Below the pieces are notes generated by a model. It saw only the letters and a program-made list of their open reading frames with translations. It did no database searches and was not told the DNA's origin. Position numbers and translations under genes: made by a program. A DNA stretch of 64,000 nt. Origin: Gemmatimonadaceae bacterium (GTDB taxonomy: Bacteria; Gemmatimonadota; Gemmatimonadetes; Gemmatimonadales; Gemmatimonadaceae). The stretch covers positions 1 through 64,000 of the forward strand of contig JBGAJQ010000009.1 of NCBI GenBank assembly GCA_044224875.1. The letters are read 5' to 3'. Shown here piece by piece: positions 27,695-36,859 of the stretch; position 1 is the stretch's first letter, and every line of letters begins with the position of its first letter.

Positions 27695-29143
27695 TCAGGT
27701 GACGGTGCCCGCTGGAAGGGTCATGCGAAACACGGTGTGGCCGGGCCGAGATTCCACGAGCTCGAGCTCACCACCGTGCGCCGCCACGATATGTCGCGCG
27801 ATGGCCAGTCCAAGACCGGCGCCCGTAGTGGATGAACCCTCGGCGCGTGACCGCGCCGAGTCGATTCGGAAGAACCGATCAAAGATGCGATCTCGGGCGT
27901 CGGCGGGAATGCCCGGACCGGCGTCGGTGACCCGTACGTCGTATCGACCGTTCGCATTGGCGAGGTGCACTTCCACCGTTGATCCACGAGGAGAATAGCG
28001 GATGGCATTGTCCAGCAGGTTCAACAGTGCACGGCCGAGCAGGTCGGCGTCGCCACGAAACGGGGCATCCACGACGTGCGTCAGCTTGACCTGTACGCCT
28101 TGTCGCTCGGCGACGTGCTGGACTCCTCGCGTCGCCGTGTGCACGACCTCATCGAGATAGATGTCGTCCGACCTCACCGCGAGGTGGCCGGCGTCCGCCC
28201 GGGCAAGGAGGAAGAGATCGTCCACGACGCGCGTGAGTCGCTGTGTGGCATCCAGCATGACGCGAATGGAGTCCCTGTACTCGCCCTCGTCGCGATGCTC
28301 GCGCGCGAGCGTCACCTCCGCCTCGGTGCGCACGATCGAGGTCGGGGTGCGCAGCTCGTGCGAGGCGTCGGCCATGAAGCGGCGCTGCTGGGCGAAGGCC
28401 GACTCCAGCCGATCCAGCAAGTCATTCACGACCAGCGCCAGCCCTCCCAGCTCGTCGTGTGGTGCGGCTACCGGCAGCCGTTCGTGCAAGTTGGCGGCAC
28501 TGATCTCGGCGGCTCGGGCGGCCATCGCCGAGACCGGTGAGAGACTTCGCCGCGCCAGGAAGTATCCGCCCGCTGCCGCAATCGCCAGCAACAACGGTAT
28601 GGCGATCAGGAAAGCGCCGCGGATCCTGGAAAGCGTGACACGAATGCCGTGGAGCGGGTACGCGGCCGTGAGGTACAACTCCTGGCCCGACAGTTCAATG
28701 GCTCGCGCGTGCACCCGATAACCACCGCCCATGCCATCGACCGTTCGGGCGAGTGGGAGGACTGGCGAGCCACGAAGCAAGCCACCGACCAGCTGCACAT
28801 CGAGCGGTGGAACGTCTTGACGTTCGGGATCGGCCTCGAGGTGATCCCCCCGCGCCACAACCCGATTCGAGTCATTGAAGATGATGATCTGCAGGTCGCG
28901 AAAACGCACCTCGTCGACGGTGGTCTGCAGTGCACCACCCACACTCCCGGCCTGCCTCCGTTCGGCGACGAGTTCGCGTGCAAATGCCGACAGGGCATCT
29001 CGAATGAACTCATCCGTGCGACTGAGCAGCGTGCTGGCAAAGATCGCGTAGGACACGAACGCGAACGCAATGAGGGGCGCGCCGAGTACCAGGGTGAACC
29101 AGAGCGTCAAGCGGGCGCGGAGGGACGACGGCCACCTGATCAC
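27695..29143 (-). CDS. HAMP sensor histidine kinase (CusS/CzcS-like)
   Basis: Two TM helices, HAMP, ADASHELRTP H-box, and N, D, F and G boxes. Confidence 0.93.
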   Translation of the reverse strand: MIRWPSSLRARLTLWFTLVLGAPLIAFAFVSYAIFASTLLSRTDEFIRDALSAFARELVAERRQAGSVGGALQTTVDEVRFRDLQIIIFNDSNRVVARGDHLEADPERQDVPPLDVQLVGGLLRGSPVLPLARTVDGMGGGYRVHARAIELSGQELYLTAAYPLHGIRVTLSRIRGAFLIAIPLLLAIAAAGGYFLARRSLSPVSAMAARAAEISAANLHERLPVAAPHDELGGLALVVNDLLDRLESAFAQQRRFMADASHELRTPTSIVRTEAEVTLAREHRDEGEYRDSIRVMLDATQRLTRVVDDLFLLARADAGHLAVRSDDIYLDEVVHTATRGVQHVAERQGVQVKLTHVVDAPFRGDADLLGRALLNLLDNAIRYSPRGSTVEVHLANANGRYDVRVTDAGPGIPADARDRIFDRFFRIDSARSRAEGSSTTGAGLGLAIARHIVAAHGGELELVESRPGHTVFRMTLPAGTVT

Positions 29144-29146
29144 GCG

Positions 29147-29845
29147 TTAGGCCCTCGTGGGCACGCCCTTGGTCTCTGGAGCGGCGAGTATGTACCCGGC
29201 GCCACGAGACGTCGTGAACAGCGAGACACTCTCGCCTTCGTCCACCTTTCGACGCAGCCGGCTGGCATACACGTCGATGATGTTGGAGTAGTTGGCTGAA
29301 TCGTCTCCCCACACGTGAGCCATCAACTCGGCTCGATCCACGACGCGGCCGGCGTTCCGGGCGAGGTAGTGCAGCAAGGAGAACTCCTTGGCGGTGAGCG
29401 GTATCTCGCGGTCACCGCGTCGGGCCGATCGTTTGAGCGTGTCGACCACCAGGTCACCGACCACGAGCTCCGCCGCGAGGACATCCCCGCGGCGGCGCGT
29501 GAGGGCGCGAAGCCGGGCCAACAGTTCACCGAACTCGAACGGCTTCGTGAGATAGTCATCGGCGCCAGCGTCGAGACCAGTGATCTTGTCGTCGACAGAG
29601 TCGAGGGCGGTGAGCATGAGGATCGGAACGCGACTGTTGCTGCGCCGGATGGTGCGACAGACCTCGAGGCCGTCCGCGCGTGGGAGGAGGATGTCCAGAA
29701 TGATGGCATCGTACTCGTTGGCCGCGGCGAGCTGCATAGCCTTTTTTCCGTCTCCGACCTTGTCCACGGCGTATGAGGCCTCCCGCAACCCGCGCGCAAC
29801 GGACTCCCGCAGCTGTCGATCGTCTTCAGCAAATAGCACGTGCAT
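29147..29845 (-). CDS. OmpR-family response regulator
   Basis: AEDD, ILDILLP, GADDYLTKPF and winged-helix output domain. Confidence 0.94.
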   Translation of the reverse strand: MHVLFAEDDRQLRESVARGLREASYAVDKVGDGKKAMQLAAANEYDAIILDILLPRADGLEVCRTIRRSNSRVPILMLTALDSVDDKITGLDAGADDYLTKPFEFGELLARLRALTRRRGDVLAAELVVGDLVVDTLKRSARRGDREIPLTAKEFSLLHYLARNAGRVVDRAELMAHVWGDDSANYSNIIDVYASRLRRKVDEGESVSLFTTSRGAGYILAAPETKGVPTRA

Positions 29846-30105
29846 GGACGAGTATTCCTAACGAATGGTGGTCGACGAGTGGGTGTGGGGAACGGGCCTC
29901 GCGACGTTGGAAGATACGGCGAAATCGGCGATCCGCACGTATCGCAGGCATTGACGTTCGAGCTCGCCGTCACGCGACGCACGGGTACTCCCGGGACCTG
30001 GCGACGACCGTCAGATTCCCGACATGAATTCCCGCCGGCATGTTCCCCTGTTGAATTCGGATGGCTGGCGGTGACTCGGACGACGAGCCTCCATGGAGCG
30101 GCGCG

Positions 30106-30969
30106 GTGACGCTGGACCACCTGGCGACTCTTGCGCGCTTCATCTCACTGGCCGGGATCCTGTTGGTCATCGGGGAGGCCGTATGTTCCACCCTGCTTTC
30201 CCGGCGACTGGACCCTAACGACCCCGTGCGTGTTGCGGTCGGCGAGCGAATAGGGCGATTGCGACGATGGTCGCTTGCGGTGCTGGCGGTGGCCCTTGGC
30301 GGTCGGCTCGTGCTTCAGGCCAAGGGCTTTACCGATCCTGGTGAGAACGTACTCCCCATGGTGACCACGGTGCTGACGGCGATGACGTGGGGTCACGGGT
30401 GGATTGCCCAAGCCATAGCCCTGCTAGGGTGCGCGCTTCCGGTGAAGGGCGTTGTACGAACGGTCTTCGTGGTGGCGCTCGGTGCGACGCCTGCCTTCAT
30501 GGGTCACGCGATCGCCTCCGAACGCGCAGCGACGTTGGCGGTGATAGCGGACGGGTTGCACGTATTGAGCTCCGGCGCGTGGTTAGGCACGCTCACCGTT
30601 CTTGTGGTCAGCGTCCTCCCGGTCACGAGTCCGAAGCAATCGTTGCAACTGATTCGCACATTCTCGCCCGTTGCGCTCACCGCCGCGGCCATCGTCGCCG
30701 TGACGGGGAGTGTGTCGGCGCTCCTGCACTTGTCGAGCTGGGGCGACCTCCTATCCGACGTCTACGGCCAGTTGCTCTTCTTCAAGGTCGTTGTTGTTGG
30801 CGTGGCGGGGTTGCTCGGCGGTTACAACTGGAAGCGTTCGACGCCACAGTTGGAGCGGGGCGATCCCTCGGCGTTGCGGCGTGTCTCGCGGTTGGAGGTG
30901 GCGGCTGCCGTGGCGGTACTTCTCGTCACCTCCGTGTTGATCGCCACGCCATTTCCCGGGGAGGGATGA
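30106..30969 (+). CDS. CopD family copper-resistance membrane protein
   Basis: MGHA, LHVLSSGAWLG, FSPVAL and YGQLLFFK motifs; GTG start after GGAG (ATG 30061 is an alternative). Confidence 0.85.
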   Translation: MTLDHLATLARFISLAGILLVIGEAVCSTLLSRRLDPNDPVRVAVGERIGRLRRWSLAVLAVALGGRLVLQAKGFTDPGENVLPMVTTVLTAMTWGHGWIAQAIALLGCALPVKGVVRTVFVVALGATPAFMGHAIASERAATLAVIADGLHVLSSGAWLGTLTVLVVSVLPVTSPKQSLQLIRTFSPVALTAAAIVAVTGSVSALLHLSSWGDLLSDVYGQLLFFKVVVVGVAGLLGGYNWKRSTPQLERGDPSALRRVSRLEVAAAVAVLLVTSVLIATPFPGEG

Positions 30970-30995
30970 CTCGAACGGGCGGCAGCGCGTGGGCC

Positions 30996-32399
30996 TCAGG
31001 GAGTTGGTCGAGGGCGGGGCCACGGCCATGGCCACACGTCGACGCGCCCCTCGCCGGCAAGGCCGCGCACGGCCGCCTTTCGGACGTCGGGGTCCATGGA
31101 TCGCAGCATCTCGCCAAAGGCCTCCTGCGATCCCTTGCCACCGCGCATGATCGCCCGGACCTGTGCGCGCCGTGCGTCCTTGTCGGTCTCGCGACGAAAC
31201 GCTTCTCGAACGATCGCAATCGCCGTCGTGTCACCGATCTCGGAGAGTGCCCAGGCGGCCTTGGTTCGTACGTCGGACTCTTCGTCCGTCAGTGCCTTCA
31301 GCAGTCCGCGGGGCGCGCTCGACGGTTCAATCTGCCCGAGGGCCCAGGCTGCCGTGCCTCGGACGCGAGGACGGACATCGTTCCCCGCCGCGGTACCCAA
31401 GGCATCGCTGGCATCGTTCGCTTCCATGCTGCCTAACGCCCAGGCTGCCGTCTCGCGCACGCTGGCACTGGAGTCGCCAGCGAGTGCGCGAATGAGCGGC
31501 GCGGCCTGATCGCGCGATTCCAACTCGCCTAACGCCCAAGCGGCCATTTCCCTGACGGCGCCTTCACGGTCGGATTGGAGTGCACTGGCAAGTGCGGGGC
31601 TGGAACCCTTAACCTCCAGCTGGCCTAACGCCCAAGCCGCGTTCCTTCGCACGCCCTCCGCGGCATCCTGCCGAAGCGCTCGTTCCAACACCGCGGCGGA
31701 GGACGTCGAGTCCAGTCGACCCAATGCGACGGCCGCGGCTTCACGCACGATCACCAGTTCGTCGGCCAGCAGGTCGCGAATGGGCGCGACGGCTCGTCCA
31801 TCGTCGGCACGGCCAAGCGCCCACACCGCGTTGGCGCGTACGCCGCCATCGTCGTCGCGGATGGCCCGCAACAAGACCGTGATGCCTACGTTGCCGCCGA
31901 TCATCCCGAGCCCCAGCGCCGCGGTCTGGCGAACCGTCACCGAACTCTGCGCCGAACCGAGCAAGTCGCGGAGCTGCTCGGCGACGGCATCGCCGCCAAA
32001 GCTGCCTAACAATCGAATTGATAACTCGCGGACGCAGGCGTCCGTTGACGCAATCGAGTCGGTGAGAAATCGCACTTCAGAAGGCGTCAGCTCATCGCCC
32101 CGTGGAAAGCGGCGGACCCGTGCGCGCACGGCAACGCCCAGGGGCGGCGATGGCGCGTCTTCCCAGCGCCCGCCCCACCCGACGAGGCCGTCGGAGGCAA
32201 GGCCACACAACACGGGAGACGCACCATGCGCCTGTCCGATCAGCCCACGGACGTCCATCGGAAGTGACGTGGCGAATACCGGTTGCTCCACGGCAGCGTG
32301 AGTCGCGGGCGCAGTCCGCACGTCGGCATCGCAGGCAAAGCGACCATCCGTGGACGCGATGAACACGGCGCTCAACAGGCACAACGAAAGGCGAGTCAT
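30996..32399 (-). CDS. Exported HEAT-repeat protein with WPWPWPRPRPTP tail
   Basis: Signal peptide, many VRxxAAWALG repeats, GGAGG RBS. Confidence 0.88.
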   Translation of the reverse strand: MTRLSLCLLSAVFIASTDGRFACDADVRTAPATHAAVEQPVFATSLPMDVRGLIGQAHGASPVLCGLASDGLVGWGGRWEDAPSPPLGVAVRARVRRFPRGDELTPSEVRFLTDSIASTDACVRELSIRLLGSFGGDAVAEQLRDLLGSAQSSVTVRQTAALGLGMIGGNVGITVLLRAIRDDDGGVRANAVWALGRADDGRAVAPIRDLLADELVIVREAAAVALGRLDSTSSAAVLERALRQDAAEGVRRNAAWALGQLEVKGSSPALASALQSDREGAVREMAAWALGELESRDQAAPLIRALAGDSSASVRETAAWALGSMEANDASDALGTAAGNDVRPRVRGTAAWALGQIEPSSAPRGLLKALTDEESDVRTKAAWALSEIGDTTAIAIVREAFRRETDKDARRAQVRAIMRGGKGSQEAFGEMLRSMDPDVRKAAVRGLAGEGRVDVWPWPWPRPRPTP

Positions 32400-32433
32400 C
32401 GATCCTCCACCATGAACCAGACGAGGTTCGTCG

Positions 32434-32451
32434 GTTGAAATTTCAGCAGCA
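32434..32451. promoter_or_regulatory. Putative BlaI-family operator (internal copy)
   Basis: GTTGAAATTTCAGCAGCA is the exact reverse complement of 35037-35054. Confidence 0.7.
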
Positions 32452-32465
32452 GGGGGTGATGCCCG

Positions 32466-32495
32466 GCTGCCTGACGAGGACTCCCGTCAGGCAGC
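32466..32495. terminator. Intergenic hairpin (terminator or processing site)
   Basis: GCTGCCTGACG-N8-CGTCAGGCAGC perfect 11-bp stem; no clear U tract. Confidence 0.5.
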
Positions 32496-32518
32496 GGCAT
32501 ACAGGGTTTGAGCTGGGA

Positions 32519-34618
32519 CTACGGGTTCGGACGGGGACGCGGCCACGGCCAGGGCCACGGTCCACTCGCACCGCCGCCGGCCAGCGCGCGCACGGCCATG
32601 CTGCGGATGTCCGGGTCACTCGAGGCCAGCAGCTTCGAGAGAACGTCCGCGGATTTTTCGCCAGTGGAGCCCAGGGCGCGGATGAACGCACGCCGGACGT
32701 CCGAGTCCTTCTCTCGATCGATGGCCGCTTCGAGTGATGGCACTGCGGACGGGTCTCCGACCTGGAACACGACCCAGGCTGCGAGGCGGCGAACGCGAGG
32801 CGACGCGTCGTTTAGTCCGGCGAGAACGCCGGTGGGAAGCTTCTCGGGTTCGATGCTGCCGATCGCCCACATCGCCATCTCCCGAACGTCCTCATCCTTG
32901 GAACCGAGTGCGGCGGTGAGCACGTCGAGTGACGACTCGTTGCCAGCCTGACCGAGGGCCCAGATGGCCGTCGCGCGCACGTTGTCGTTCGCATCTGACT
33001 TGGCGGCGTTCACCAAGGCATCGGCCGCGACCGTATTGCGGTCCGCATCGCCTAACGCCCAAGCCGCCATCTCACGCACTTCGGCGTGGGTATCGCGTCG
33101 CAAGACGTCGGCAAGCGCGGAGGCCACGGCGCTCTCCTCGGCGTAGTCACGAAGTCCCCAGGCGGCGATGCGGCGCACGGTGGCGCTCGTATCGGTCTTG
33201 AGGACGTTGAGGAGCAACTTGGAGCGTTCGTCCGAATGTTGTGGTGACTGCCCGTTCAAGCCGCCGGCGAACAATTGTCGCACAGTTTCCGCGGCGACTT
33301 TCGAGCCGGACCGCGCGGCATTTTCGACGATGCGCGAGATGGAGCTGTCGAAGTCACGATCGGCGCGGGATCGGTTGCGAGCTTGGGAATCCTGGGACGT
33401 CTCGGAGGTCACGGTGTGGCGTGCGACTGATGTCGTCGTGTCCGTGTGACGAATGATGGCCGCACGTTCTCGGGTGAAGTCGCTGGTATCGGCGGGTCGG
33501 GCGAGGGAGGCTTGTGGTGGTGCCGTGGGCGCGGGTGGGGCGGCGGGTGCGGCAGCTCCAACGCAGAGGGCGAGGAGTGCCAGCGATGCGACGGAGAAGG
33601 CCGTCTGTCGGCGCGACGGCGCGGTGCGGCGAATATCGGGATCGAGAATGGCGAGCATACGTCCCTCGAACTCCTTACGATGAGCCATGGCGAGGGCCAC
33701 GGCCGGGGTGAATTGACGGCGGACGGTCGTTACGATGTCCAGCAGGTGCTCCGCGTAGTCGCTGGGGCGCGCGCCACAGCGGATCGCGATGTCGTCACAC
33801 GCGCGCTCGCTTTCGATGCGCAGCTGACGGGCCCCGGTCCAGACCAGGGGATGGAACCAGTACAAGGCGCAGGCAAAGCGCCCGAGTGTGTGCCCAACGA
33901 GGTCGCGGCGCTTGATGTGGGCTAGTTCGTGCAGCAACACGGCAATGCGCCGGTCGGCGTGCCAGGTATGGGCCGCCTGTGGCAGCACAATGACCGGTCG
34001 GGTGAGTCCGCAGGCAAATGGCATGCTGATGTCACGGCTCGCGACCAGGCGTGGCGCGTGTTCCAACCCAATCCGGTCGGCCACCTCGTAGAGCGAGTCT
34101 TGCCATTCGGGGGCCGTCATGACATCGGCACGGCGGACGATGCGCGACACAGACCAGGCGCCGTGCAGCAACCAAAGGAGGCAGGCAACGACACCGGCCA
34201 GCCACAGCCACAAGACCACGGTGACTGGGGAGATGCTCGCTGTCCGTGAGCCATCGGTCTCCGCGGGAACGTTCGCCGTCTGTTCAGCTGATGCAACTGA
34301 CGGGCCAGTCATCGAGGCCGAAGGAGGCGGCTCGACTGGGTCTGCGGCCTGTTCGCTGGCCACGGCTGGCCGCGCCACGGATGCCGCGAAGGAGGCGGGG
34401 AGCACCGCCAGTCGCAACGGCAGGCGCGTAATGAGCGATGGCAAGAGGATCAGCGAGGCGAGCGTCACCATCCACACCAAATGACGCAGTCCAGCCGATG
34501 ACCGACGCAACGCGATGGTCCCGAGCATGGCGATCAACAGCAGCACGGTGGCCTTCACGAGCATGACTAGTGTTTCTGTGCTCGGTGGTCCAAAGGACTG
34601 GGTGAGGGTCGAGAACAT
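32519..34618 (-). CDS. BlaR1/M56 metallopeptidase fused to HEAT repeats, with WPWPWPRPRPNP tail
   Basis: TM helices, HELAH zinc motif, WFHPLVW, ESERACDD, a further TM, then VRxxAAWALG repeats. Confidence 0.92.
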   Translation of the reverse strand: MFSTLTQSFGPPSTETLVMLVKATVLLLIAMLGTIALRRSSAGLRHLVWMVTLASLILLPSLITRLPLRLAVLPASFAASVARPAVASEQAADPVEPPPSASMTGPSVASAEQTANVPAETDGSRTASISPVTVVLWLWLAGVVACLLWLLHGAWSVSRIVRRADVMTAPEWQDSLYEVADRIGLEHAPRLVASRDISMPFACGLTRPVIVLPQAAHTWHADRRIAVLLHELAHIKRRDLVGHTLGRFACALYWFHPLVWTGARQLRIESERACDDIAIRCGARPSDYAEHLLDIVTTVRRQFTPAVALAMAHRKEFEGRMLAILDPDIRRTAPSRRQTAFSVASLALLALCVGAAAPAAPPAPTAPPQASLARPADTSDFTRERAAIIRHTDTTTSVARHTVTSETSQDSQARNRSRADRDFDSSISRIVENAARSGSKVAAETVRQLFAGGLNGQSPQHSDERSKLLLNVLKTDTSATVRRIAAWGLRDYAEESAVASALADVLRRDTHAEVREMAAWALGDADRNTVAADALVNAAKSDANDNVRATAIWALGQAGNESSLDVLTAALGSKDEDVREMAMWAIGSIEPEKLPTGVLAGLNDASPRVRRLAAWVVFQVGDPSAVPSLEAAIDREKDSDVRRAFIRALGSTGEKSADVLSKLLASSDPDIRSMAVRALAGGGASGPWPWPWPRPRPNP

Positions 34619-34623
34619 GGCGG

Positions 34624-35016
34624 CTACCTCCCTCCAGACCGTGCCCGTCCGATGCGCTCGCGCAACTTGGCCACGGCGTCATCGGAGAGATCGGTATCTG
34701 AGAGCCTGAGGAGCGCTGTCATGGCCTGCTCGGTGGACCCGGCGAAGTACGTACGTACGACGTGCTCGAGGGCGTCATCGCGCGCCCGCTCGGTCGGCTG
34801 CGCCGGCGAATAGACATAGCGCGGCCCGTCTTCCCGAAAGGCGACGAGTTGCTTGTCGGCGAGGATGCGAAGGATCGAACGGACGGCCGAGTACGTCGGC
34901 GGATCGGGGAGATCGCTCATGATCTCCGACACCGTGGCGTCCCCACGCCGGTGCAGGATGTTCATGACCTGGCTTTCGCGGCGGGTCAGATCGTCGTTCG
35001 GTCGGGCGGCGGCCAT
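34624..35016 (-). CDS. BlaI/MecI/CopY family repressor
   Basis: LTRRESQVMNIL, PTYSAVRSILRIL, RYVY and YFAGS. Confidence 0.93.
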   Translation of the reverse strand: MAAARPNDDLTRRESQVMNILHRRGDATVSEIMSDLPDPPTYSAVRSILRILADKQLVAFREDGPRYVYSPAQPTERARDDALEHVVRTYFAGSTEQAMTALLRLSDTDLSDDAVAKLRERIGRARSGGR

Positions 35017-35036
35017 GGGTGAGAATCCGGTTGGGG

Positions 35037-35090
35037 TGCTGCTGAAATTTCAACAGTGTTGATTTTTCAGCAAAGCTCAGGAAAAGTCAA
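35037..35090 (-). promoter_or_regulatory. blaI-like promoter with tandem operators
   Basis: GCTGAAATTTCAAC (35041) and GTTGATTTTTCAGC (35058) overlap a TTGACT-17-AAAAAT promoter on the minus strand. Confidence 0.7.
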
Positions 35091-35213
35091 GGGGTGGGGG
35101 AGTCGAGCTCACCCGCGGTCCCGCCGGTCCGAAGGCCCCGGAAGGGACGGCGCGGCGTGGTTCGGAGACTGCGAACGTCTTCGGCCGGGAGGGAATCCAG
35201 CGGTCGCACGAAG

Positions 35214-35250
35214 AAAGGGGCGTCGCACGCGAATCGTGGGACGCCCCTTT
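35214..35250 (-). terminator. Rho-independent terminator
   Basis: AAAGGGGCGTC...GACGCCCCTTT downstream of the DUF4331 pair. Confidence 0.75.
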
Positions 35251-35278
35251 GACCGGGATTCGGTTCCTCGCCTACAAC

Positions 35279-35869
35279 TCACGACTGCACGTGGCGGCCG
35301 GCGAGGTAGGGGAAGGCTTTCAGGAACTGCTTATCGTTCGCCGGGACGTTGTCTGTGCACAGCGGGAGCTGGAAGGGTGCACAGAGTGGGTTGCCGGGAT
35401 CAAGCAAGGAACTGAAGATCGCGCTCAGTCCGACGTCGGTGACATCGTCGGTCAGCGTCCGGCCGCCCCACCCACTGGCGAGTGCCCAGGAGAGCCATCC
35501 GGCGGTACTTGGGCTCTTGGACGGATCCACGACGAGCATATCGGGATAGAGGACGCTGCCTAACAAAGTGGCCAGGGACTGTGGCCGACCGAAGGAGGTG
35601 ACGAACTGCTCGGTCTGCGGGCGGTAGGTGGCCGTGTTGTAGGGCTGCGTCTGGTTGTAGCCGTCGTGATTGGCTTTCACGATGGTGACTTCGCTGATCA
35701 ACGGGTTGCCGAGGAACTCGATCTGGTCGTAGACGGCGGTTCCATCGGTGACGGCGCTGGCGTTGTCTGGCGCGAGGGCGCCTGGTTGATCCTGGTTGTC
35801 GCTGCAGGCCGTGGCCGCGAGGGCAATGGTCATGGCGGCAAACCGTCGGAGTTGGGTCTTCCACTGCAT
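35279..35869 (-). CDS. DUF4331-related lipoprotein (C-terminal-half type)
   Basis: AATAC lipobox; QIEFLGNP, GRTLTDDVTD and FPYLA. ATG 35869 is the likely start; the 494-aa ORF is over-extended. Confidence 0.75.
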   Translation of the reverse strand: MQWKTQLRRFAAMTIALAATACSDNQDQPGALAPDNASAVTDGTAVYDQIEFLGNPLISEVTIVKANHDGYNQTQPYNTATYRPQTEQFVTSFGRPQSLATLLGSVLYPDMLVVDPSKSPSTAGWLSWALASGWGGRTLTDDVTDVGLSAIFSSLLDPGNPLCAPFQLPLCTDNVPANDKQFLKAFPYLAGRHVQS

Positions 35870-35907
35870 GGCTTGGATACTCCTATCGATCAGGGTTGAG
35901 GTAGGCG

Positions 35908-36672
35908 TTAGGTGCCCGGTCCGCGGCGCGGGCGGGACGTAGTGCCCCAGATACCGAACTTGGACGGGTTGTTGGGGTCGGCGACCAGCATACTCACCGG
36001 CAGCTCCACTACGATGGCCATGTCGTTGTAGCCGCGGACATAGTCCTGGGCTTGTCCGGCGGGACGGAACGAGCTGGCCGTGGCCGTATCGGGAAGTTCG
36101 GACAGGGGGCCAGAGACGGGCCGGCGATCGGGGATGATGCGGAAGAAGTACTCGAGGTCGATGAAGAACGGATCGTCGCGCGGGCCCGCAAACAGCTGGA
36201 TGCCGGAGGGCGAGCCTAACACGGTGTTCACGGGACCAGCGAGTGTCGGTTCGCCCTGTATCAACGTGTTGGACGGTCCGACTTCGTTGGGCTTCACCGG
36301 ACCGCGCATGGCGACTTGTTGGCCACCCGCCGGTCCGCTGAACGTGAACTGGAAGACCAGGTCCTCCATGGTATCGCCGTTGTTGTCGATCTTGAGCTGG
36401 TAGAGTTCCTTCGACTTGTTGCCGAACGTGAAGCTCGGTGTTTGAGCTGGTGTGATCGGCGACGACGTGCTCAATACGAGGGCAATGCGTCCCGGCGTCG
36501 CCGCGGGGAACGCGTACACGTCGTTCACATCGTACCGTGAATTGAGTTCCACGGTGGGGGTGTCCTGGTGATCCGAGGCCTTCAAGAGCCCGGCGGTCGT
36601 GAGGCCCGCGAGGACGGTCGCGACGGCCAACACGGGCGCGATTCGGCTGCGCCGCTGCATCCACTGCTTCAT
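35908..36672 (-). CDS. DUF4331 family protein (N-terminal-half type)
   Basis: ASDHQDTP, DVNDVYAF and FAGPRDDPFFID; GGAG RBS. Confidence 0.82.
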   Translation of the reverse strand: MKQWMQRRSRIAPVLAVATVLAGLTTAGLLKASDHQDTPTVELNSRYDVNDVYAFPAATPGRIALVLSTSSPITPAQTPSFTFGNKSKELYQLKIDNNGDTMEDLVFQFTFSGPAGGQQVAMRGPVKPNEVGPSNTLIQGEPTLAGPVNTVLGSPSGIQLFAGPRDDPFFIDLEYFFRIIPDRRPVSGPLSELPDTATASSFRPAGQAQDYVRGYNDMAIVVELPVSMLVADPNNPSKFGIWGTTSRPRRGPGT

Positions 36673-36859
36673 AACGTCTCCAACGTGTGAGGGGAGAATG
36701 CGACGACAGGCGGCGGCGTGTGGCACGCGACACTGCGCGTGGCCGAGGTGTCTCCTCGAGCAACCGATGTCGTTCGTGTGAATGGGTGCAGATCGCGATC
36801 TACGTTCGGCTACGCGTCGACCTGCGAATCGGATTGGTCGCGTCGGCGACGCGCCGAAG

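Noticed and set aside
35870..36763. N-terminal extension of the 494-aa ORF, suggesting overlapping genes or a frameshift fusion
   Set aside because: The extension is an alternative frame of the DUF4331 gene; the downstream gene has its own ATG and lipobox.
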